A stretch of DNA of 64,000 nt, from positions 2,232,001-2,296,000 of the forward strand of contig JAYWIR010000002.1 in assembly GCA_036172245.1 (NCBI GenBank). Direction: 5' to 3'. Both the position numbers and the translations under genes were made by a program. Positions 13,100-24,790 of this stretch are shown here, piece by piece. This DNA comes from Raillietiella orientalis (taxonomy: Eukaryota). How positions within the stretch are numbered: the stretch's first letter is position 1; each line of letters starts with the position of its first letter. A model generated the notes under the pieces. That model saw nothing but the letters and a program-made list of their open reading frames with translations. It did no database searches and was not told where the DNA came from.

Positions 13100-13331
13100 T
13101 GATACGTGTGGGATCCCTCTCTCCCAAAACATTTGGGGGGAGGTGGTATGGTTGATGGAGTGAGATATTGTTTATTACTAATAACTGTGGTATTGTTTTT
13201 TTTAGTGATGCAGGGTAGAATGGGAGTTAGTGGGAGGGGGGGGGACGATGTTAGGGGTAACGAGAGTGGTTTTGGATGTGATAGTGATTTATAGATTTAT
13301 GAGAGTTGATTTTTTCATATTTTACCTGACT
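13100..13331 (+). pseudogene. nad4: Probable NUMT: mitochondrial nad4 N-terminal fragment
   Basis: G/T-rich, C-poor 232-bp island flanked by the 10-bp direct repeat actgcagtcg (13090-13099, 13332-13341). In the invertebrate mitochondrial code it reads MVDGVSYCLLLMTVVLFFLVMQGS, then after a frameshift in the G-run TSVVLDVMVIYSFMSVDFFMFYL. This fits the ND4 pattern D.LS..LL.LT ... F......MFY..FE. Confidence 0.7.
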
Positions 13332-15074
13332 ACTGCAGTCGACGAAGCTAGAGATGACTTCCGCTCGGACTTTCAGGTGACTACCAGAGGCAGGGCATTC
13401 CAGAAGAGATGCTCGAGCTCCTAACAGCCAGCAGCGATGAGCAGCTGCCCCGGGAAGACTTCCTTTCAAGCCCAAACCGAGTCTCTCGCTAGGTTCCTCC
13501 CCACTTCCTACGGATGCCTAGGCGGATTCAGACCTTTCGTTGCTTCTGACACGACCCACTCATCCTGCTAGTGGCGCCTCCCACCAGGAGGAGGTGCGGG
13601 CGCGAATTCCCGGGACCATGAGATCGAGCACCCGCCCCTCCCTCGCGAGTCCAGCGTTCTGTCGCACGCTAACCGTCACGGAGGGTCGCGTCGGAGGGCG
13701 CTGCACTGCGATCGCTCGTGGGGCTGCAGCAGCCCCTTCCCTGTGCTGACCTGGAATCCTCCGTTCCTTCAAGAGCGCAAAAAAGCGACGGCCACCGCAT
13801 CTCGCAAGCCGGTGGCGCATCGCCTGGAAACATCTCTGGAGCTTTTCCGAGAGCGTGGAAGACAAGCTCTGGAGCAAGCATCCAAGAGGGGACGCGTCAG
13901 CGGCGGAGATTGCACTGGACCCGAGTGCATGCGCCTTCCCGGCGGCAGCCGTGGCCGTAGCCGTCACTGCGTTCTCGCGAGACACGCAGCCACCTGCAGC
14001 CTGCGAATCCATGACGACAACTCACACGAGAAGAAGCATTGAAGGCGGCTGGAGGGCTCGCGAGGAAAATCGAGGGGACCACGCGACACTCAGCGCCGTG
14101 CCGTGAGAGTGCACAGAACGGGAAACACCACGCGAATCCAAAAGTATTCAAAATAAGACTCCCATTTGTTTTTCTTTAGGAAAAAGGGATGGAATACAGA
14201 AAAGAAATCATTTAGGTCACCCCTAAGGATGCCTCTGCAACTGGGTAGTTGGGTCTGTTTCCGCCGGCGGAGGATCCGCAGATCAGCTTGGTTTCGTTCC
14301 GTGCGCGACTTGCCGTACGGCACGTCAAATGCGATGGGAACGAACGTCGGGAACCTCAGCTCCCTTCCTCCGTGCTGACGCGACGAGGACGAGCTTTCGT
14401 CCTCCTTCGAAGTTGGCTGACGAACACGCTGCTTTGTTCTCCGGAGTCCCCGATCCCGTCGGGCATCCTGGCTCCAGCGGCACCTTCCGCAGCTCGAACC
14501 CGCACCTGCGTTGAGGGCGAACGTGGGCGCATGACGTGCCACTCCCTCACACAGGAGTTCGTGTGAACGCGTGAAACGATCTGGTTGGCTCTAGGAAATG
14601 CATGTTTCCGTGAACGGACACGTACTATGCGTTGATGTCCGGCGCATCCTGGTTCGAAAGTGGCACGTTGCCTGGTTACGTGAATCCATGACAATGACTT
14701 TCCTCTCCGGAGAAACACACACACCCCACACGCAAGCATGCTGATGCGGAGGTTTCAGCCGCAATCCACGAGATTTCTGATCGCAAATGATGCAGAATCT
14801 CTTTGCACGTGCGCTTGTTCTTCCGTGGTTTTTTCGACCTAACTGTTACGGCCCGAACGGAAAGTTCCGTCCGAAAGATCTAGAATGGATTCTGGTTTTT
14901 GCTGTCATTTGCCTCGTTCTAATGGATGCAAGCTTTGTAGCCATAAATACCAGTGAAAGTTGGTAATGACATCAGCTGCTACGCAAACGCTCCCGTATGC
15001 AAATTGTTCGAGGAACAGCCACCCCTTAGCTCGTGACAACTGGTCGAAACGCCTCCCTCACGGAATGGATGAGG

Positions 15075-15470
15075 GTCGTTCCGGGGTTCCCTTCCGGTTG
15101 GCCTCCCCCTCGTAGCATGGAGCTGGTTGATACCTTCCCAGAGTGCTAAGGAGCTCCCTTCGGAGAAAATTGGGAAGCATCCCTTAGGGGCTCTCTCCAG
15201 AGGAGGAAACGAGGAGCGGGTCCTTTCCGCTCCTCGTTCCCTGTCCTTGTCCCCTTCGGAGAAGGAACGAGGAGTGTCCTTCCCTCAGATAATCTCCTAT
15301 GGAGAGAACAAGAAAGAGGTTCCCTTTGGGGTCCCATTACAACCGCGAGAGGAATGGATTCCTTCCTCCGGAGCCTTCCTCAAATCATAGGTTGGTCCCC
15401 TCCCGTGGCACCCCCTGGCTTGACGAGTGTCACGCGCCCTCGGGTGACGTGGACAGCCTGTAAAAATCTT
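15075..15470 (+). mobile_element. tRNA-headed SINE family copy D (5' truncated or diverged)
   Basis: Shares repeated cccttcggagaa units and the 3' segment gagaggaatggattcc...gccttcc...tcatagg...cacgcgccctcgggtgacgtgga with copy A (21630-21750). Confidence 0.7.
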
Positions 15471-15499
15471 CGTGCCCACCCCTTCCAAGTACGCAGGGG

Positions 15500-16200
15500 G
15501 GTAGCTGCTCGACATCCCTCCATTGGGGGTGAAGTGGACCTCAGAGTGCTGGAACAGTGCAACCCCCTCTTCTCAAATGGCAGGAGTCGGCGTTGCTGGT
15601 GTTGCATGCGGGAATCCCGTGCAAAGCGCGCCTTCACCACTGGACACGGGAGAGCGAAGATGCTCGGTGCGGCAGGTGCGAGAAGAAGGAGACCCTCCAG
15701 CACCTGCTGTTGGACTGTGCTGCCCCCCGACCCCTTTGGGATCGCCTCGAGACGTTCCTAGGAATCTCGGCGGACGGCCCCAGGGACATTTGGAAACACC
15801 TCTTCGCACGTGCCGCTCTGCCGACAGCCCCGTCCCTCGCAGTTCTCTGCTGTCTCCGCGGGATCATGGCAGCCTGGAACGCGGGAAGAAGAGGCCAGAA
15901 TGTCAGGGATGCCATCCACTGGGAGCGAACCTTCCTGAGGATCGCCTCGAGATGTCCCCACCGGAACACTATCTGGACAGAACTTGCCAGCATCCTGAAC
16001 TCGCTAGGGAACAAGGATTTGTTGTTTATTTTTGTGTGTTTTGTTTTCCCTTTCCCCACGCTGCCGAAGCGGACCTCGCTGGACTGCGTACCGCTCTTAG
16101 GCAGGTTCGTTGCGCCTGATAGAACCAATGGTTCTCTCACAAGGAATGTATTTTTATTACTAACGTAATAAATGCCCCGGAAGAACCAAGTGATAATAAT
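15500..16200 (+). mobile_element. 5'-truncated L1/Tx1-type LINE 3' end (zf-RVT zinc knuckle and 3' UTR), copy 1
   Basis: WQESALLVLHAGIPCKARLHHW...RCGRCEKKETLQHLLLDC..RPLW is a CxxC-x7-H-x4-C knuckle. It is followed by a T-rich UTR, AATAAA at 16167-16172 and a short taataat tail. Confidence 0.85.
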
Positions 16201-17369
16201 CCTGGAAGGCTGGAAGCTGACCACGTGTTGAAACACTCCGAGGAACGACATGCGGGGGAGGTGCGAGTCGTATTCCGTGGCTGCCGCATCTCGAGCATCA
16301 CTATCCGCCTGCGCTAAGCAGATTCTTGCGATCGGAGCCTTCCCACCTTGTTCCGCCGCTCGTTAGCTCCACGAAGCTGACCGATACCTTGCCTACGAGT
16401 GCAAGAGCTAATGCGAGTTCGTGTGACCCCACCCCTCGAAGAATTCCGAGCTGCACGTCTGGATCACGCGGAGCAGAGGTGATTACTGTTCGGGGTCATG
16501 CGGACGCATCCAGCTTTCTTCCTCGGGCAGCAAGTTCCCAAACCAACGCGGTCGCGGTCCATCAGTAGCACCAGGAGGAAAACGCACGACGAGTCACCCC
16601 AGAAGGGGAAGAGGAAAAGGTGAATGCGCACCCCGGGCGCCGCACAGCTGATGGACTTCTCGAGGAGGAGGCCGTCGGAGAGCCTGCAGAGCCTGAGCCG
16701 ATGCCCTGATAGGGGGCAGAGGCGGCAGCAGTGGACAAGGTGGTCATCCCGTAGCTTGTAAAATGAGCGTGTGATGATGATGTGGGGCGAGGGCGAGCTG
16801 TGGTCAAACGTTACACGATGATGGTGATGATGATGGATTTCCGAGCAATGAAGACGAGCCACAACACGCTGCCTGTGTTCATTGTTCAAGAATGCAATTT
16901 AATATGCATTACAGAGGAAGCCTTCCCATGCCCTTTCGGGTTTTCCCATCCGTCCATCTGGGGCGCTCGTCGTCCCTCATCCTGTTGCTTCCTCAGCTCC
17001 TTGTCCTCCCTCTCGCGAGAGAACTGACCGCCGGAGTTCTCCGCCTGTATCCGGTTTTCGGTCCCTCGTACGACGTGGGCTGCGTAGTTGTCCCTGGAGT
17101 TCCGAATACACGAAGCCACCGTCCGGCGCCTCGTCTCCTCCGAGTGTTTCCCGGGAGGAACAAACTGCATCTCCATTGGTATTCTTCCTGTTCAGTGTGC
17201 GTGTTACGTAGGTATCATCAGGGCGTCGGGTGCACGAGGTCACCATACAGTGCACCATTCTCTCCAAGTGTTTCTCAGGCACCCCAGGATAGCGCAGCAC
17301 CTATTCCTTCTCTGGACCCCAAGCTCTTAGTGAACCGACGGTGAAATGGGGCAAATGGCAGCAGCGATC

Positions 17370-19300
17370 CCCCAACGTGGTCCTCCTGGTCAGAATGCGA
17401 GTGAACCGCATGCGAGGGAGTAGTCCTCCGGAAACGGCCCCAACCAGAAGAAAGGAGGTGAGGCTCTCCGGGGGCTGCATGCGCTTAAGTAGAGCATCTC
17501 TCTTTGCAGGAGACCCCGGAAGGTCTTTCCTCGGAATGCTTCCCTGCTCGAAGAGCGTCCTTGCGTACTGCTAATAGAAGACGTCGCTGTTTAAAAAGCA
17601 GAGTTAAAAAGCATCTTTCGAGGATCGTTTCTGTTGCCAAGTCTACCCTCCCCCTCCCTCTACCTAAGGAAGGAAAACGGTTCGCTCCATTGCCTCGGGA
17701 AAGCACGAGTGACCTTTTATCTTCGCTCGCCTTCCCATGACCGACGTTGTTCAAGAGTGGCGCAGAATCCGGAAGGATGCAGGGAATTGCTAGGAAAGAA
17801 AACTGGCACAAGGTGGACATCTCTCTTTCAGGGACGAGTGGCAGATCGCGAGAGAACAACGGATGCGTCTGTGAGATGGGTATTCTGCCGCGGAAGACCG
17901 AAATGGATCTTCTTTTCGAGCCGATCTCGGGAACCGAGCCGTCAGGGTTCCCACCGACCCTCGAAGATCCTCCGAAGATTCGTCGGAAACGGCATGTTCG
18001 ATCCCGCTGACCACTCCCTTCCATGGAACAGGATGCTCAGATTGAACGAGCAGGGAAGCCGCTCGCGGAAGCAGTAGAAAGGAGGCGCTTTGCTGCGTCC
18101 GTGGGGAAGCTCGTCCTCTCCAGGAGCCTGGAGAGGGAGCCCCGCTGCCGATCCGTTCCAGTTGCACGGGAGCGACCTGGAAATCCTCCTCTCTTGAAGG
18201 AAAAGCTTTGCTGTTGTGCGTGACTTCTCTGAATTCAGACGGGAGGAGAAAGCCAGTAGGTAGCGTTCTCAGAACTCTAGGTCGGAGACCTTGAACGGAT
18301 CTCAGTCCTCGAGTATGCGAATGACGAAGCCACAAAGAAAGCCGCGGTGGATTTCTGCAGCTTCCGGGTGGCGCAGCCACCTCTTCCAAACATCCTCTAC
18401 GCCTTGATGGACGGCCCCTTTTCCAGAGGCTGCAGCTCGAACGCGAGTTTGGGATGGTTCGAGAGAACCGGCACCTCTCTTCCCCGATTACTCACCAAAC
18501 AACATAGGTGTTTGTCGAGGAAGATGTGGCCGATGCCTTCCTGCATCTTAGGTTCGCTGGTCAGCAAGTTGTATGCATTGGAGGATGCCCACGGCTCGCT
18601 GACCTGCACGCGATGCACCTGTGCTCGCTTGTCGCCCATCAGCAGGTGGGAGTCGAAGTGTTCCACCCGGGCACTCCGGGGCGTTCATTTCATAAAAGGA
18701 AACCCGTTGGGAACCAGCGTGTTCCCATCTGAAGACAGAAGAAGGTCAGGGGGAGGGTCCACCGACATGCAGGTCGAAATATCAAAATGACAGAACGTCA
18801 AAGTCGCCCGCTATCAGGTGAGCGATGCCGGCGCTCGAGGGGCTCAGCCACTGGCGACCGAGGTCGCAGAAAAACTGCGTCCTGCAGCAGTGGCAGAACC
18901 TACCGCTTGGGGCGTAGATGTTTGTGATGACGAGGTCGATGGAGTTGCGCCACTTCAGTGGAAGCTGCCCTGCTTGACCGTCCCCGTCGAAACGCGCCTC
19001 GCTCAAGGCGCACTGCAAGCTCGGCTTCAAGAAGAAGGCCACGCTGCACGAGTGTGCAGTGCCATTCCTCCACAGCGACTTCCTCCCCCCCCCTTCTCAC
19101 CTCTCTCAATATCCTCAGCTTTCTTTTGGGAGATCTGGTTCATCTCCTGAAGCAGAGCGAGGTCGAAAGCGCGCAGGGTTTCCGCCGATGCCGCGAGCCT
19201 CTTCTCGTTGTCGTGCAGCCGTTGACATTCCAACAGGAGGCTCGCAGGCGACGGGAGGAGGCGAGGTCACGAGTGATGGCTAGGAATATGAAGGAGAAGG
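17370..19300 (-). mobile_element. Decayed L1/Tx1-type LINE ORF2 5' part (AP-endonuclease to start of RT)
   Basis: Frame-shifted endonuclease motifs in order on the minus strand: CWNVNG, DLALLQE, VAFFL, DGDGQ, VITNIYAP, RTQFF, LIAGDFD, SARVEHF. Weaker early-RT remnants follow (PESLTSF...RILTRR). Confidence 0.85.
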
Positions 19301-19479
19301 ACCCGTCTCAGTCTCTGGCGTCTATGGCAGCGTTCGTTCTGCTCTCGGAACGCACGATTGCCCCTCTGGTTTCGCTTCCAGATCCTGCCAACTCGGTGCG
19401 GGAGTGCACCCACCAGCTCCAGAGAACTACTGCTTCTTCCCCCTCGATCACGAGGAGGGCCTCATTCCATGGGGAGAAA

Positions 19480-20825
19480 GAACTCCAGCCGCGCTGAAAG
19501 TTTCCTGCAAGGAAGGAACTCGTCCGCCGAGATCTCTGGCAGGAAGCCGACATGCCCTTGCTCCTCCGTTTGCTTTATCCGGAGGAAGGGAAAACTGGAG
19601 AACGAGCAGCGGAGGCGGTGGAGGAGAAATTCAAGTCCCAGAAAGTCGAGCACAAGTGTCATCGTGTGCAGCCGGGAGTGGAGCGAAATAGGACAACGCC
19701 GGAGACCGCCTGGGTTGCAGACTCGGACCGTGGCGAGCGGAAGTTTCATCTCTATCCTCGCATGCCAAGGCGAGGAAGAGAGGGAAGGAGATGCGCCTCT
19801 ACATCTGGCGAGTGGTTTTGCTTGTGAAATGAAAACGTGCCTCAGCGATCACATCCATGGCGGAGTTTCCACCTCCGGGAGGAAGACGGGGTAGCTATCC
19901 CCACTGCATCTCGGAACGGGAAGCGGCGGCTAGATTGGAAGCTGCCGTGGAAATCTCCGTCAGGAGGAAAGGACTCAGTGAGTGCACGAGGGGCCAGCTT
20001 ACGGACGATGAGACCCCGGGTGCCCCACCTTGTGGACTTTTGAGCTGGAACGAGCTACTCGGTATTCCGGAAGAAGACCTGAAGTGGCCTCCGGTGCTTC
20101 TCGATAGATACAGTCTCCCATTAAAGTGGTAGAAGCCGGCGGTGATGCTGCTGCACTGGGGCCTCCCGTGCAACGCCCGCGGGCATCACTGGACACGGGT
20201 GCATGTGGGCCCGAACTGTGTCAGATGTGGAAAACTTGTATCCCTTCCGCACCTTCTTGTGGATTGTGTTGCCCTCCGACCCCACTGGGAACACTTCGCC
20301 GCGACTCTAGAAACTCCCCGGCGGCAACTCCAGGGACGCTTTACGACCCCTCCTCCAACACAACGGACTTCAACGACAGCCTCGCTAGCAGTCTTGTGCT
20401 GCCTACGCGGGATTGTAAAGGTCTGGAGTGATGCAAGAGGAGGACGGAGTGACAGGGATGCCCATCCAATTCGCCGTCCGATTCATGAGACAGCAATGAG
20501 ATGACCCCACCTGGACAACTATATCCAAAAAGACCTTGCCGGCATCCTTCAAAGGATACAAAGGACCGCCCCTAGCAGGCCCCCAGTTCCCTTCCCGCAC
20601 CCCATCCCCCCCCTCAAATTTGTTTTATTCTTATTTTAATCTTTTTTCTTTTTGTTTGTCCCCTCCCCTCTCCCGTCCCTCTGTGGTGGACCTCACTGGT
20701 CTGCGAACCGGTAACGCGGCAGGTTAGAACTAAAAAGGATGTGGTTGAACCATTGGTCCAACCACAGATTGTAAATGTTTGCCTATTTATAAATAAACGC
20801 CCCGGCACATCCGGGTGACAACTAG
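19480..20825 (+). mobile_element. L1/Tx1-type LINE 3' part (post-RT region, zf-RVT, 3' UTR), copy 2
   Basis: LLHWGLPCNARGHHW...NCVRCGKLVSLPHLLVDC..RPHW and SLAVLCCLRGI, clearly homologous to copy 1. Same 3' UTR motifs, with AATAAA at 20792-20797. Confidence 0.85.
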
Positions 20826-21055
20826 GAACGGGCAGCGCATGGTAAACCTGCATTTTCCGATTCGATTACAGTTCTGACCTTGAGGAGCAGCTGCTCCATG
20901 TGAGCGTCCACCCAGGAAGACAGCGCACTAACGCGTTTGCGCGCATCACATGGAATGAGTCTACGCAGGCTTCACATTCCAGCATCCCTCCCAAGCAACA
21001 GAGTGCATCCCGGAACGTGCTTTAGAAGATCCCCCTCCAGGATGTGCACGCTCGA

Positions 21056-21831
21056 AAGAGCCCCGCGTCGGAAGCTTTGTGGTTATGGCTTCCACGCGTG
21101 GCACCATGCGTCGCGGGTTCGAATACTCCGGCAGAAACTGACGCCACTGTGTCGTTGGGTTCCGAGTTCCTCCTGCAAGATGGCGCTAGTTGGTCTACAA
21201 ACATTCGGGTGCGGCACGGTTCAAACCGGAGGCCCCCTATGAGGGTCGGACCTTCGGGTCCTTCCAGGAATCAAGGAGTGGGGAGTTCTTCCTCCGGTCG
21301 TGCTACGTGCTACGCTGTCTCTACCTCTCCAGAGAGTACAAGGAAGCGAGAGCTATCCCTCCGGGCAAGCAGCTCCCCTTCTGAATTTCGGAAGCGTCCT
21401 TTCGGGGTTCTCTTCAGAGGAGTGAACAGGAGCGGTTTTCTTGCGGGTTCCCTCCGGAGAAGAAAAAATTCCTACTAGCGGCTGCTTTCCGGTTCCCTTC
21501 GGAGAAGACGAAATGGAGCGGACCACACGCACCCGGGCGGTTCCGCCAGAGAAAATGAGGAAGGAGATTCCCTCCGAGGTTCTCCTTAGGAGACAACCAG
21601 GATGGAGGTGCGATCCCCTCCCCAGGCATGAGAGGAATGGACTCCAAGCCTTCCTGGATTCATAGGGCGGATCCCCCCCTGCCGGGGTGACCCCTATCTT
21701 GAAGAATAACACGCACCCTTCGCGGGTGGCGTGGAACAGTGTTAAAGAGCCACGTGCGCCGCGAGACACGCTGCGGCTCTTGAGGTACTCAGCGAACCAA
21801 AAAAAGAAAACCCGAAAAAAAAAAAAAAAAA
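21056..21831 (+). mobile_element. tRNA-headed SINE family copy A (about 775 bp, poly-A tail)
   Basis: Head with A-box-like gctttgtggttatggc and B-box-like ggttcgaatac, internal ttcccYYcggagaag repeats, and a 3' end gaggtactcagcgaacc followed by an A-rich tail. Homologous to 23718-24700 in the opposite orientation. Confidence 0.85.
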
Positions 21832-21919
21832 GCTGGATGGAAAAAACAGCGAAGACAGAAGAAAAAAGAACCCAAAGGATTCCCATCATCGCCTTCAGTA
21901 GCACCGACAGCTCTTTCCC

Positions 21920-24790
21920 CTAATATTTCAGTCGTTCAGGAAGACATTCCTCAGCATCCACCCACCTGGGATCCGCGTGCCTTCATCGCTGCTTTGCATA
22001 GCCCGCGTATCGGCTTTTGAACTGTTCCAGGAAGGAACAGCCGCTACCAGATAGTGATGCAGCATCCGATCCAGAAAATGACTGCATGGGTCTTTCCCTT
22101 ATGGGATTGTCCCTGGTCCCAAGTATCTACATGTCTGGGCCCCCTGTTGCGGGCTCGTCAGCGCGAGTGGTGGACTCCGAGATTTCAAGCTACTCCTCTC
22201 TGCCGGCTCTGCCATCTCCGCGAGACGTTCGCAAACCACCCAACGTAGCTCGTCCTCGTTCCGCAGTCAGTCCTTCCTCCAAAGGTCATCTTTAGAGGAG
22301 AGAACGACCCGATTTCTCGCATCTTCGAATCCCGTCAGCTTCCTCGAGATGATGTTTCATCCCCCTCGTGGACCACTTCGAAGTGCAGCGTTGCCGTCCT
22401 CCCGTGGATGCATTCTGTTCTGCTCCTCGAGGTGTGCGCGCTCATCCACGGAAACCTGCCGACGGTAAGCTCAGAAGAGTGCGAAACCGCAGTCGCTCCG
22501 GATAGGAGGGTGATCAAAGCAGTCCGAGGATCATGAAATTTAACATCTGAAACCTAAGTGTATCGGCATGCATGGCCTCCACCAGAATGGCTCCTTCCAG
22601 CGACGTGGTTTCCCTGCTTCACCTGATCCAAGAGGCTAGCCTCGGTTGGAGGGACATTCGGCATTCCTGTCGGCACCTGGCACATCTCTCCAGGTTCTCC
22701 GGCTGCTGCCCACCGGAGCGTCTCTCGCGTCCGGTGCCTCCACCCGGCGCTCACGCGCTGTACCGCGCACAAGGTTTGCCCTCGTGCGGTGCGTGTTCCT
22801 GCGTGAGCTGCAATGGTTTCTGGAAGGATTCCCAGACAAATGGCGCCACAAATCACAGCATCCTACTTTCAAAACAAGGTTGTTTCCTCCTGGAACTTGG
22901 GCGAAGCCAAGTCTCTTCTCCGATCAACAGATCACGCAAACTCCCTCGCCGGATCGCTCCTCGTCGGAGTGTTTTCTGAATCGTGTCCGCACGGCGAGCA
23001 CGTCTCCACGAATCGGTCGGCGGAAAGAGGCGACCGACCAGGTTCGGAATGGAGCTAGCGGAGCAGCTGCAAAAGAAGGGGGGGAGGGGAGGGGGAGTGC
23101 CGCAACGCCTACTCTTGGCTCTGAAGAAGAACACTTTGATCTTAGCCAAAAGGCCGAGAAGCGATAGAGGAAGAAGAATAGGGAATCTTGGCGATCTTGG
23201 CGAGGTGCTCCGAGGCTCACTGATTGCCGAATTCCTCGGTTTTTTTTACAAGTGTATGTGGGAAATTTCCATGGATGCTTGCTTGGCTGGGAAGCATTAG
23301 GTAGAGCATTTCGTTACTTCAAGGTCATCTCCGCTCGCGCTCCGTGCGCGCGCATGCCAGCATCCCCTGGGTACCTACCGACGAAAATTAGGGAAAAGAT
23401 CGTCATGGGAAGGATGAAGCGATTTCCTATTCAGGATGAGGGTGCTCATCGCCGGAAGATGGCATCCACGGCAGCGTTTTACCCTCCCACAATGCTTCGA
23501 AACACAGGATGCAGTCCCATCGAATGGATAGGAAACTCCCCTTCCCTCCCACTGGAAGAAATGTTCTCTCTTCACAGAAACCATCGTTCTTCTGCTAGAT
23601 GAGAACAGCTTAATAATGATACATGTCGGTAAGGAAGCGTGCCCCGACGTCGAAGGTCAAACCCGAAGAGTTCTGGAAACGTTGGTGACCTAGTCCAAGC
23701 TCAGTGCTTTGCGTGAGTTTTCTTTTTTTTTTTTTTTGGTTCGCTAAGTACCTCAGAGCCGGTCGCGTGCCTCGCGGCGCGCGTGGCTCTTTTTAAACAT
23801 TAACACACTGTTTTGTTTCCACGCCTGTCCGCGGCAACCCGCAGGGGGGGGCGTGTAATTCTTCAGTGTAATATTCTTCAGGATAGGGGGCACCCCGGGA
23901 TGGGGTCCGCCCTGTTGAATCCAGGAAGGGCTCGGAGTCCGTTCCTCTCACGCTTGGGGAGGGGGATCCCCCCCGGACGGGGGGGATCTCACCTCCCACC
24001 CTGGTTGTCTCCGAAGGGGAACCCCGAAGGGAACTCTCCTTCCTCATTCTCTCCGGAGGGACACCCCCCCCTTGCGGGGTGGTGGTCCTCTCCATTTCAA
24101 CTTCTCCGAAGGGAACCCGGAAAGGATCCACTTCTAGGAATTTCTTCTCCGGAGGGAACCCGCAAGGGAACCGCTCCTTTATTCACTTCTCTGAAGACAA
24201 CCCCCACAGGGGTGCTTCCGAAACTCAGAAGGGGCGCTGCAGCTTCCCGCAGGGAATCGCTCTCGCTTAGCTTCTTTCCTTTGTACACACTCTGTGAAGA
24301 GGCGACGACTCGGAGGGACCCCCCAATAGGGGGGTCCGTTCCTTTGAACGACTGGAGAGGTGCCCGTGAGGGCTCCTGCTCCATCTTGAAACCGGAGGCG
24401 GTCCCCCCGGTGACGGGGGTCCACTCTCCTTTGCACACAGGAGGGGGAACTCCCCACTCCTTTATTCCTGGGAGGACCCGAAGGTCGACTCCCATTGTTC
24501 CGGCCTTCATCGGCTGGCCGCCGGCTTTATCCACCGCCGGGGCCACGCCCGAATGTCTCGGCCAACCAGCGCCGTTGCAGGAGAAACTCGGAACCCAAAC
24601 GACGCAATGGCATCAAGTTATCTGCCCAAGTATTCGAACCCGCGACGCATGGTGCCACGCGCGGAAGCCTTAACCACAAAGCCTCCGACGCGGGCCTCTC
24701 TGCTTTGCGTGAGAGGTCCAAGTAGCAGACCCCGCTTATGAAGACGCAACAGGAAAACAATTACCGGCTGAGGGAGAAAGAGTTTTCATC
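21920..24790 (-). mobile_element. Decayed L1/Tx1-type LINE ORF2 (RT to 3' end) interrupted by SINE copy B
   Basis: Minus-strand remnants: CYLDLSRKA (cf. LD..KAFD) at the SINE insertion point, LPLSLLGLLAKIK...PPPLPPFF (cf. LPLSL.GR...IK), TLHFEVVHEG (cf. zf-RVT lead-in) and GCCITIW*R. Confidence 0.6.
23718..24700 (-). mobile_element. tRNA-headed SINE family copy B, full length (983 bp) with 13-bp TSD
   Basis: Exact direct repeat tgctttgcgtgag at 23705-23717 and 24701-24713. Poly-T (minus-strand poly-A tail) at 23718-23737. Minus-strand head GAGAGGCCCGCGTCGGAGGCTTTGTGGTTAAGGC...GCGGGTTCGAATAC. Confidence 0.92.

Noticed and set aside
21056..21135. Functional tRNA gene (also B-box hits near 3605, 8531, 10041, 24632, 61090)
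   Set aside because: I could not build a full cloverleaf. The hits are SINE heads or isolated B-box-like matches.
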